A DNA stretch of 64,000 bases from a bacterium (lineage in GTDB: Bacteria > Electryoneota > Electryoneia > Electryoneales > Electryoneaceae), in assembly GCA_963669175.1 (NCBI GenBank), contig OY769902.1, positions 5,383,366 to 5,447,365 of the forward strand. Reading direction: 5' to 3'. Each line of letters opens with the position of its first letter. Within the stretch, counting starts at the first letter, position 1. A program made the position numbers and the translations under genes. Below, piece by piece: positions 10,506 through 19,272 of this stretch. The notes under the pieces were generated by a model. It did no database searches, was not told the origin of the DNA, and saw nothing but the letters and a program-made list of their open reading frames with translations.

Positions 10506-10522
10506 CAGGGGATTCACCGGAG

Positions 10523-11167
10523 CCATCTGAAGTTCTGTCAGGTCTTGCGCACACGGTTTTCGTGCGTGTGACCATCTGAAGTTCTGTCAGGTCTTGCGCA
10601 CACGGTTTTTGTGCGTGTGACCATCTGAAGTTCTGTCAGGTCTTGCGCACACGGTTTTCGTGCGTGTGACCATCTGAAGTTCTGTCAGGTCTTGCGCACA
10701 CGGTTTTTGTGCGTGTGACCATCTGAAGTTCTGTCAGGTCTTGCGCACATGGTTTTCGTGCGTGTGACCATCTGAAGTTCTGTCAGGTCTTGCGCACACG
10801 GTTTTTGTGCGTGTGACCATCTGAAGTTCTGTCAGGTCTTGCGCACACGGTTTTTGTGCGTGTGACCATCTGAAGTTCTGTCAGGTCTTGCGCATACGGT
10901 TTTTGTGCGTGTGACCATCTGAAGTTCTGTCAGGTCTTGCGCACATGGTTTTCGTGCGTGTGACCATCTGAAGTTCTGTCAGGTCTTGCGCACACGGTTT
11001 TCGCGCGTGTGACCATCTGAAGTTCTGTCAGGTCTTGCGCACATGGTTTTCGTGCGTGTGACCATCTGAAGTTCTGTCAGGTCTTGCGCACACGGTTTTC
11101 GCGCGTGTGACCATCTGAAGTTCTGTCAGGTCTTGCGCACACGGTTTTTGTGCGTGTGACCTGACAG
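10523..11167. repeat. Tandem array of 13 x 49-bp units ending in a complete hairpin
   Basis: Unit CCATCTGAAGTTCTGTCAGGTCTTGCGCACACGGTTTTYGTGCGTGTGA starts every 49 bp from 10523 to 11111; no spacers. Confidence 0.97.
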
Positions 11168-11310
11168 TGAGAATGGAAGTATTCTATCGTGGTTATCAGA
11201 GCCATGTGAACATCGGAACAAGGGCTCAAGCATCTAACAGTACAAACAGGGAAAAACCATACTGACCAACGATATGAGTCGTTGAAACGTCGAACGAAAG
11301 GGGAAGGACC

Positions 11311-11799
11311 ATGCTGAAACGGATACTCGTCGCCGGCTTGACGCTGGGACTGGTCGCGTTTGTGGCAATGGCGGGCAATGGCCACGAATATCAGGGCCTG
11401 AAGAAGTGCGGGATGTGCCACAAGGGCGAAAAGAAAGGCAACATCCTGGAAGGCTGGGAAGCAGGCCCCCATGCGAAAGCCTACCAGACACTCGTGGACG
11501 CCGGCGAGCAGGAAAACGCGGAATGCTTGCGTTGCCACGTGACCGGCTATGGTGAAGACGCTGCATTGACCGCCAAGCTGGACGTCACAGAAGGTGTAAC
11601 CTGTGAAGCGTGCCACGGCGCCGGCGCGGACTACGGCAAGATGAGCACCATGAAAGACCATGATGCAGCCGTAGCGGCAGGACTGGTCGCCAACCCGAAA
11701 GAGCATTGCACCGACTGCCACAATCCCGACAGCCCGACTTACAAGGAATTCCACCTCGAAGAACGCTGGGAAGAAATCAAGCACAGCATTCCGGAATAA
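11311..11799 (+). CDS. Tetraheme cytochrome c (c554-like)
   Basis: Signal peptide; YQG..KCGMCH, HAKAY, CLRCHVTG, GVTCEACHGAG, CTDCH. Confidence 0.9.
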   Translation: MLKRILVAGLTLGLVAFVAMAGNGHEYQGLKKCGMCHKGEKKGNILEGWEAGPHAKAYQTLVDAGEQENAECLRCHVTGYGEDAALTAKLDVTEGVTCEACHGAGADYGKMSTMKDHDAAVAAGLVANPKEHCTDCHNPDSPTYKEFHLEERWEEIKHSIPE

Positions 11800-11838
11800 G
11801 GCGGATTTTCGGTGTAAACTTGTTGAGTGTTTTGTAAA

Positions 11839-11872
11839 GAAGCCCGGACAGAATGACTTGTCCGGGCTTTTG
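11839..11872. terminator. Intrinsic terminator between convergent genes, probably bidirectional
   Basis: AAGCCCGGACA-loop-TGTCCGGGCTT with a T-rich tail. Confidence 0.8.
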
Positions 11873-11896
11873 ATGTTTCACTTTTGGACAGCTTCC

Positions 11897-14800
11897 TTAT
11901 TTGACCAAAACCATCCGCTTCATATCGGTGAACGCTCCTGCTTCGATGCGGTAGAAGTACATCCCACTGGCAAGCTGACTGGCATCGAATGTCACACTAT
12001 GCGTACCCGCCTGCATCGGACGATTCACCAACTGCGCCACTTCCTGCCCCATGATGTTGTACACCGACAGTTTCACCGTTTCCGGACGCACCAGGTCAAA
12101 GCTCAGAGTCGTGGTCGGGTTGAACGGGTTCGGGAAGTTCTGGTGCAGGGCGAACTCTGTTGGCAGTGTTGACATGTCGAGCACTCTGCCATCACGACGG
12201 CCCGTGGTCATATAGTTCTGCAACGCTCTGCGCTTGGCGTAGTAGTCCTCAAGATCAGCCGGAACGACAGCCGCCAACGCCCCCAACTGCGGCAGGTTGA
12301 AAGTGCCGTCTGACGAATGAGCGCTGTTTACTTCCAGTCCCTCTTCTGCCGCCAACGCCATCTCAAGGTATGTCGCAAGCTGTCCTAGCAGGGTCACGGC
12401 GGAATCTTCGTACGTCACCGCTACTTCAAGCAACTCATCAAGCTCGTCGATGGATTCCTGGTACTCGCCGATACGGTTCTGGTAGGGCAGTTGCAGCCAG
12501 AACGCTGTTGCGCTCAGGTATTGGTCATCCAACAGGTCTTCGAACTCTTCAAGGATATCTTCATCGGACGTCCCCAGCGCCTCCTGGCAACGCGCCCAAC
12601 CGTTCAAACCGGCGTGAACATTGTCGTTGACAGCGGCTGACCAGTAGTAGCCGGACGCATCTTCATAGTTCCCCTGTCGCTCACACAGCATTGCCAGATC
12701 AATCGCATCCAAATCATCTGAATAGCGGTATGGTTCATCACGAGGTGCAAATTGAACACTAGATATATTAAGGTAATTGGTAGAATTGAACCAATTATCC
12801 GGAATTACAGCAACGGACTGATCACCAGAAAAAAAGTTATCCTTGAGATTCAATGTGGGGGGAGTTCCAATAATTCCCCAGCCATAATATATAAGTACGG
12901 TATCAGAGGCTAGTGATCCGCTATTGTTATCAATAAAATCATTATTGAATTTGAACAATGCTTCACTTTCATAAATATAGAACTCTGCACATTCTGCTGA
13001 AGTATTACCACTCAATCCGTTTTTATAGAACAGGTTACCATAATTACCAAGTCCATTTCCAAGACTAATACCCGATCCACTCAATGCCTGCATACCGTTT
13101 TTTTCGTTGAATTCAATGGTGTTTCTGGTATATAAAGGTGAACTGGCATACAAATATACACCAAATGTGTTGTCTTCGATCATGGAAGTGTCAATTACAC
13201 CAGCTGATGTGCAGGAAGTATATGATATGCCTGTATTACAGCCGGATATATCTCCATACTCGAGGTTAACAGTCGATTGGCTTGCGTTGATACCGTTAGT
13301 GCCGCAATCTGCAATTGTGACATGTGAAAGGTTAAATTCAGTATTATATCCCATAATACCATCAGTGCTACAGTTGGAAATGTCAACATTGGACAGTATG
13401 CCATCACATGAATTCAGTCGAAGTCCGATCGAGCTGAAATTATCAATGACTGAGCTACTGAGCGCCAAATCTGAACCATTGCTGAAAATACCGTATCCCA
13501 ACCCATTTTTAAGCGTTAAGTCAGTCCAGACTGGCAGCGAAGGATTACCACTGGAAACAAATATTCCATAGTTGGTAGTCTCCGAAATCTGACAATCATC
13601 AATATGCAGCTCAATATTTGAACCTGTACAGACGATACCTGACGTCATATTTGATAGCCGAGCTTTGTTGAAATATGCATGACAACCGCTGCTCAATTGG
13701 ATGCAGTTCCAGGTTTCTCCTGAGGCCAGGGGCGCAAGGATCACCGAATCTGCTCCCGCACTGGCGCCTATGAGCAAAGAATCATTGACAGTTATTTTTG
13801 CGCCTTCAAGCATGGGCACGGCAAAATCATCACTGCTTGGAACAAGTCGCAGTGTATTCACTTCACAGTTTTCACCAAAACGATACATAAAATCCCCGTC
13901 AAGGGTGTCACTGATTTCAGTAAGATCAATACATGGATAGGAATTATTCGCATAAACCCAATAGAATGGTTTTGCAGCAGGACCACCGTAACATCCTATA
14001 TCTGAATTAGACCCATCGGGATCTGATATGGAAGGATCTCCTTCATTAAATGTTCCCAGTGAATCGTTTTTACATAAGTGGTAATCACCGAAATCCGTTG
14101 GCTCATCCATACTGGCATTGTCTTCAACAAATCCAGGTTCAATATTATTACAATTTGACGCACTTACACTACCACCCCAATAATCATCCGAATCATCATC
14201 ATAAACGCAACAATACTTTATTGGTAATGTGTTCTGAGAATAAATCCCGACAGAATCAATACCTATACCTTCAGAAAATCCGTAAACAATATTATTTTTA
14301 AAATCAACATATTCATCAACCATATTACAGTATACACCATTTCTTTGAACATGAGCGATCGTATTATCAATAAAATACATTATATACCCTGCATAAACAC
14401 CATATGTTTCACAGTTTACAATTAAGTTATTTGCTATATCACATGATATAATTTCTGGAGAGCCATCAATATAAATTCCCATACCACTGAATGTTCCTGT
14501 CGTATCAGTGTCTTCAATGGTCATTCCTAAAATCGTATTGTTTTTGATTTCTATAACACTGGAATCATGTTCTGCAATTTTAATCCCGGTGTTACATTGA
14601 TAAATCTGATTGTGATTAAAATATACACTATCAGGATTTGGGTTTCCGACATAATGCGCTCCCAATCCAGTTCCGTCACAGTAGCGAATCGTAGAGTTCT
14701 CCACTCGCAAAGTGGCATACCCGTATGCTAATATTGCTGCACCATCAGGATATGAGCTTGAATCCGGGTCACCCCCATACTCAACAGTACAGTATTGGAA

Positions 14801-15193
14801 GTTCCCAACAGCACGAGTAGCAGCGTTGTCCCCTTCAAAAATGATTTGACCCCAGGCACCAGCAGTCGAATCGTCACTCGTGAAACGAATCGGGTTGGCT
14901 GCCGTGCCGGAGGCAGTTAGGGCAGATCCGTCGTCGATGACAAGCGAATACTCCCCTTCAAATACAACCTCTACGCCGGGATCAATCTCAACTTCTTGAT
15001 TTTCAGTAATTGTAATCGTAGATCCAGTAGAAGGGTGGATGACATACGTACCGTACTGTGTCTGCCAATGTGTGAGTGAATCGGCTGATCCAGCATCGAT
15101 ATCTACCTCAATGACCACCTCAGCATATACAATTGCGGAACAACCGATTGCAAATAAAGCAATGAGAGCTACTTGCGCGATCCTATCAAACAT
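11897..15193 (-). CDS. Secreted right-handed beta-helix protein with a TPR-like helical region and T9SS-type C-terminal sorting domain
   Basis: Signal peptide; parallel beta-helix repeats; GDP...DPDGSNSDIG motif; C-terminus LHQNFPNPFNPTT...LASGMYFYRI...KRMVLVK. Confidence 0.88.
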   Translation of the reverse strand: MFDRIAQVALIALFAIGCSAIVYAEVVIEVDIDAGSADSLTHWQTQYGTYVIHPSTGSTITITENQEVEIDPGVEVVFEGEYSLVIDDGSALTASGTAANPIRFTSDDSTAGAWGQIIFEGDNAATRAVGNFQYCTVEYGGDPDSSSYPDGAAILAYGYATLRVENSTIRYCDGTGLGAHYVGNPNPDSVYFNHNQIYQCNTGIKIAEHDSSVIEIKNNTILGMTIEDTDTTGTFSGMGIYIDGSPEIISCDIANNLIVNCETYGVYAGYIMYFIDNTIAHVQRNGVYCNMVDEYVDFKNNIVYGFSEGIGIDSVGIYSQNTLPIKYCCVYDDDSDDYWGGSVSASNCNNIEPGFVEDNASMDEPTDFGDYHLCKNDSLGTFNEGDPSISDPDGSNSDIGCYGGPAAKPFYWVYANNSYPCIDLTEISDTLDGDFMYRFGENCEVNTLRLVPSSDDFAVPMLEGAKITVNDSLLIGASAGADSVILAPLASGETWNCIQLSSGCHAYFNKARLSNMTSGIVCTGSNIELHIDDCQISETTNYGIFVSSGNPSLPVWTDLTLKNGLGYGIFSNGSDLALSSSVIDNFSSIGLRLNSCDGILSNVDISNCSTDGIMGYNTEFNLSHVTIADCGTNGINASQSTVNLEYGDISGCNTGISYTSCTSAGVIDTSMIEDNTFGVYLYASSPLYTRNTIEFNEKNGMQALSGSGISLGNGLGNYGNLFYKNGLSGNTSAECAEFYIYESEALFKFNNDFIDNNSGSLASDTVLIYYGWGIIGTPPTLNLKDNFFSGDQSVAVIPDNWFNSTNYLNISSVQFAPRDEPYRYSDDLDAIDLAMLCERQGNYEDASGYYWSAAVNDNVHAGLNGWARCQEALGTSDEDILEEFEDLLDDQYLSATAFWLQLPYQNRIGEYQESIDELDELLEVAVTYEDSAVTLLGQLATYLEMALAAEEGLEVNSAHSSDGTFNLPQLGALAAVVPADLEDYYAKRRALQNYMTTGRRDGRVLDMSTLPTEFALHQNFPNPFNPTTTLSFDLVRPETVKLSVYNIMGQEVAQLVNRPMQAGTHSVTFDASQLASGMYFYRIEAGAFTDMKRMVLVK

Positions 15194-15303
15194 GGTACAC
15201 TCCTCTTGTTGTCAGAATGCCTTATGGTCATTCTGATGGCTCGCTGGGCGGGTGCGTCCCCAAAACGTTTGCCCGCTCGGCACTTTTATGAAATACAACA
15301 GAA

Positions 15304-18300
15304 TTACTTGAGCAGCACAACCTTTGTCCGTCTCACCTCCTTTCCGGCCGCCAGTTCGATGAAGTACATACCTGATGTAAAAGAAGCAGCATCAAGTACT
15401 TTTCGATGGTACCCGGCCTGTTGTGAAGAATATGTGTCTGAAAAAACACGTTGCCCCAGGATGTTGCAGATTGCCAGATGGACATCCGCAGTCTGCGGAA
15501 GGCTGTAATGGATCATCAGGAAATTGTTAAAAGGGTTGGGAAATGGTGCAAACAACTCAAATCTGGCCGGCAATTCTTCAGGGGTTTCAATAACCCAAAG
15601 CGGGTATTCATAAGATATCCCATATGGTCCACCCCAACGACCAATATCGTTGCGTGTTCCATCCACGTCGTTGTACAAGCTGTCAGGGTTGCCAGAATCG
15701 ATCAGTGGGGAAATATCATAGAGAAAATAGTCAATTGTGTCTGCCAACAAGGGATCGGCAATCAGGTTGGTTGAATCGAGTTCGCCATTCGTAATTAGTG
15801 TGTCGTTTTGGAAAAAACAATTATACTGAGCTTGATCTATAATGACTTCGGGATTTGGCTCTTCATCCCAGTAAATTCCATATATATTTTTCATGAACAA
15901 GTTGTTCTGTATGACAGGTAAACTATCGTGTTCTGAATAATATCTTAATTTTATTCCCTGCTCAAAACCGTGAAACACATTATTTTCAATTATTATAGAA
16001 TTATGACTTACGTATAGCCCATAAGAATATTCTTCTTGTTGGTTATAAAAAAGACAATTTCTTACAAATCCCCATGCTTCGCTGCTCATACCAAGTGAAC
16101 CAACAATATATTTAAATACACAATTATCGATTTCTACATAACAATGGCTCAAAGCATCAGCCCAACCATTATAAAATAAAGTATTGCTAATATATATATG
16201 TGTATTAAAACAGTATAAATTATAAATATGAGAATCCACATCCTCACATACGAATTGACTATTATCAATATATACAGTTGATGATTGACTTGCAATACCA
16301 TCATACGTGTTATTACCTATAAAAATAAAATCAGTAGAATTAATATAAATAGTGCTATAGTTTTGCATAAATACTCCAGTATGATTATTATAGAAAAAAC
16401 AGTTATTAATACTTATTAATGAAGTATCTACTACATGAACAGCTCTATAGGTATTTTCAATTCTCGAAAAACTAATCCTTGATGAATCCGAACAATGTTG
16501 AAATTTTATTCCAACCCACATAGATGATTGAATTTCTTCGCCAGAAGCAGTAATAAATCTAATACTGTCAGTTGCATTCCCTTCTGAAATCAGGCATCCA
16601 TACACATCCAGCCCAATCCTCTGCTCTTCGTCTTCCACATACCTGAACTGCAATTCACACCCCGGTTCAATGATAAGGCTATCACCTTCGGGGACGATAA
16701 TGTCTTCCACTACGTAGAACGGGCTGTCTTCCACATGCAGAGTCCCGCTGATTTCGCCCTGCAGGATTGTTCTAGCGTCTACGGTTACCATGACAAGTGA
16801 CGAGTCCGTCTGTCCTTCACCATCCTCAACAACAACCGTGAAGCTGAAGTCCTCCGCATCTTCGGGGACAGTTCCCGATACGGCCGTCGTGTCGCTGACC
16901 CAGTCCAGCTCGTCTTCTTCACTGAGCCATTCAGGCAAGTCCGGGAAGGTGAAGTCAAACGGGCCGTTATCATCTGTCGCCGTGATCTCGATGCGGAGCG
17001 CATGGCCTGTCCGCGCGAAAACATTTTCCGGGATGGTCTGGACAGGCGGATTGTCGATGGACTGGTCATAGTAGCGCCCCCCGATATCCGCTCGGGTCCC
17101 GTCCGGGTCATTCGGGCTGGCCGGATCACCGGCGTCAATGCACGGGCTGTTCGCCTGCAAGGTATAATCGAAGGGAACACCTGCTCCGAGGAAAGGATTG
17201 GTGATCATGGACGTGCTGTCAAGTTCCACATTGTCCACTGCTTCAGAGAAGTTATACAGGCAGTTATAGGCTGCTTGAACAGACTGCGCTCCTACTGCGG
17301 CGTCAATACCGATACAATCAACTCCGTCACCCTGGAGCACATTATTCCGTATCGATACCTCTTCCGTATTGGCGATGTAAATGCCACGCGATTGCCCAAG
17401 CAGAGTATTGTTCCGGATGTCCACAGCTTCTGATACGGACATGCTGATCGCGGTCGCGGTAGAATCAATCACATTGTTGTAGATCTCAACACCCGCACAC
17501 GTATTCAGATGAATCGTGCCCATGAAGTAGTTTGCCGCATGCCCGAACAGCTCATTGTGACGAATCACACCACTGGACGCCATCATGTATATGGTCTTCA
17601 ACAGACTGTTTTCGATGAGCAGGCTGGACTGATCAGCCGTGATATCGGTTTCATGGCTGACACAACCGCTTGCCAGATCATGAACGTGATAGTCACCGCT
17701 GTTCAGATAATAGATATCAACTGCGCAATCGTAAATCTCTGTGGTGCAATTCAGAAGACGCAACTGATAACCGGTCACACGATAAATGGAATCGATTTGG
17801 GGCGCTGAAAAACCGAGGGTAACATTGGGCGCATAGTTATCATGGAATTCATAAGGACCGCCATCAGACATGTGTGTACTGCTGGCGGTTGGCGTGCCGC
17901 CTTCATTCTTCAGCAGGGTGCAATGGGTGATTTCACCACTGTCAAAATCCATGCAAACCTGGTTTCGCAGGGCAACAATGCGACTATGCCGGACGATGGT
18001 TGTGCCGTTTTGCGATTCGATACCTATATAGGCTGAGTCGATGACAACATACTCGCAATGGATCAGGGTGCCTTCAGTCTCAGCAGTAGAAATGATCCGG
18101 TCGAAGGCATACGGCTGTGACTGGATGCGAATGGAATCCCCTTCTTCCCCCAGCGCCAACAAGGTTCCATTCACATACCAGGGTGTGCGTGTTGAATCGG
18201 TCTGATCCTGAAATTCAACCGTCACACCCGGCTCGATCAGGAGTGTATCCCCTTCGGGGACAATCAGGGTGTCGGTGACGAGATAGGGGGAGCCGTCCGT

Positions 18301-18531
18301 GTCCCACACGCCGGAGACTTCACCGGAGACGAATGTTTCAGCGTGAATGGCTTGGGGAACAACAAGGGGTACAAAGGCCAGGGACAGAAGCAGCAGGAAG
18401 AAGCATAGAGCATCCTCTCTGAACCATTGCGGGGGGAATGGCGCATGGTGTTGGCATACCGTGTGTCCAGCCTTACGCAACACGACTGCGGGGAGTGTGT
18501 CACGCTGTAAAGGAAAGTTCATACGTGTCAT
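15304..18531 (-). CDS. Secreted protein with two beta-helix modules, an Ig-like linker and T9SS-type C-terminal domain
   Basis: Duplicated module GE[VI]SG...SP[YF].V....VPEGD.L.IEPG...SP.ID.G.P....D.DGTR.DIG; C-terminal PFPNPFN...SGMYFI...KVVLLK; AAGGAG RBS. Confidence 0.88.
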   Translation of the reverse strand: MTRMNFPLQRDTLPAVVLRKAGHTVCQHHAPFPPQWFREDALCFFLLLLSLAFVPLVVPQAIHAETFVSGEVSGVWDTDGSPYLVTDTLIVPEGDTLLIEPGVTVEFQDQTDSTRTPWYVNGTLLALGEEGDSIRIQSQPYAFDRIISTAETEGTLIHCEYVVIDSAYIGIESQNGTTIVRHSRIVALRNQVCMDFDSGEITHCTLLKNEGGTPTASSTHMSDGGPYEFHDNYAPNVTLGFSAPQIDSIYRVTGYQLRLLNCTTEIYDCAVDIYYLNSGDYHVHDLASGCVSHETDITADQSSLLIENSLLKTIYMMASSGVIRHNELFGHAANYFMGTIHLNTCAGVEIYNNVIDSTATAISMSVSEAVDIRNNTLLGQSRGIYIANTEEVSIRNNVLQGDGVDCIGIDAAVGAQSVQAAYNCLYNFSEAVDNVELDSTSMITNPFLGAGVPFDYTLQANSPCIDAGDPASPNDPDGTRADIGGRYYDQSIDNPPVQTIPENVFARTGHALRIEITATDDNGPFDFTFPDLPEWLSEEDELDWVSDTTAVSGTVPEDAEDFSFTVVVEDGEGQTDSSLVMVTVDARTILQGEISGTLHVEDSPFYVVEDIIVPEGDSLIIEPGCELQFRYVEDEEQRIGLDVYGCLISEGNATDSIRFITASGEEIQSSMWVGIKFQHCSDSSRISFSRIENTYRAVHVVDTSLISINNCFFYNNHTGVFMQNYSTIYINSTDFIFIGNNTYDGIASQSSTVYIDNSQFVCEDVDSHIYNLYCFNTHIYISNTLFYNGWADALSHCYVEIDNCVFKYIVGSLGMSSEAWGFVRNCLFYNQQEEYSYGLYVSHNSIIIENNVFHGFEQGIKLRYYSEHDSLPVIQNNLFMKNIYGIYWDEEPNPEVIIDQAQYNCFFQNDTLITNGELDSTNLIADPLLADTIDYFLYDISPLIDSGNPDSLYNDVDGTRNDIGRWGGPYGISYEYPLWVIETPEELPARFELFAPFPNPFNNFLMIHYSLPQTADVHLAICNILGQRVFSDTYSSQQAGYHRKVLDAASFTSGMYFIELAAGKEVRRTKVVLLK

Positions 18532-18751
18532 AGGTACTCCTTTGCGCTACGATGAAAGAAACATACTACTGAAACAGAATGGATGCAATATGGAGCTATC
18601 TCTAAAAAAAAAAAATATTTACAACTGGCTCAAAGGGAAAAATAAAAAGTCCGAAACGAGTCTGATCAGGCTTCTAATCTTTCTTAACAAACCTGAGACC
18701 TGATCATAACATTACAAATGTTGAAAAGTTCTTGTCTTTCGATTCAAGTTA

Positions 18752-19083
18752 GGTTCCACACAAGAATTTGTGCATCCGGGCAAAGTTGTGGCAGGTCTTG
18801 ACGCGACATTCCGTTTTCGGCTTTCGCAATGTATTTCTGAATGCACATGATACTGAAACCACCTCTCGTCCTGTTATTGTCGCGTTGTGACCTGCCACCG
18901 GTATCAGCATTCTCGCCGCCGTCAGGTCACAATGTGATGCCTGATGACGATTTATCATGCAAGAAGGCAAGTGTGAAGTCGGGAAGGTATCTGAAATTTC
19001 AGAAAGGAACAGGAAAATGGCATCACGCCAAGACCTGACGGAACCTGCTCGTCGATAGTATGCACAAATTTTTATGAGCAGCC
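18752..19083 (+). mobile_element. MITE-like element, full-length copy (~332 bp, ~24-bp terminal inverted repeats)
   Basis: Begins GGTTCCACACAAGAATTTGTGCAT and ends ATGCACAAATTTTTATGAGCAGCC; highly similar to 61971-62303; no transposase. Confidence 0.85.
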
Positions 19084-19124
19084 AAATATAAATACTAATG
19101 ATCGTGTTTAAATTCCAGATAGTC

Positions 19125-19157
19125 AATTTCTAATTCCTAATTCCTAATTCCTAATTG
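19125..19157. repeat. Short heptamer tandem repeat (TAATTCC)n
   Basis: TAATTCCTAATTCCTAATTCCTAATTG. Confidence 0.7.
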
Positions 19158-19212
19158 CCTATATGCGCCCATCCTGATCATCCTTCATCATTATGTGCAT
19201 CCTGTGAATCAG

Positions 19213-19244
19213 AAAAGCGGGTGACCGCTTTCGCGATCACCCGC
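19213..19244 (-). terminator. Intrinsic terminator downstream of the 1344-aa secreted protein gene
   Basis: GCGGGTGA/TCACCCGC stem followed by TTTT on the minus strand. Confidence 0.7.
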
Positions 19245-19272
19245 AACAGGTTCAATCAAGTGTGAACTGAGC

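Noticed and set aside
10523-11167. CRISPR array
   Set aside because: Units are contiguous 49-bp near-identical repeats with no unique spacers, and no cas genes are in the window.
11077-11784. 235-aa minus-strand ORF
   Set aside because: Antisense shadow of the tetraheme cytochrome running into the tandem repeat; no protein-like features.
4742-18531. Diversity-generating retroelement as the cause of the variable cores
   Set aside because: No reverse transcriptase and no template/variable repeat pair differing only at adenines was seen in the window.
18749-19126. Similar small ORFs at 18749-19126, 53441-53788, 61957-62232 and 61989-62258 that look like a protein family
   Set aside because: They are translations of the non-coding MITE; starts, stops and frames are not conserved between copies and no transposase motif is present.
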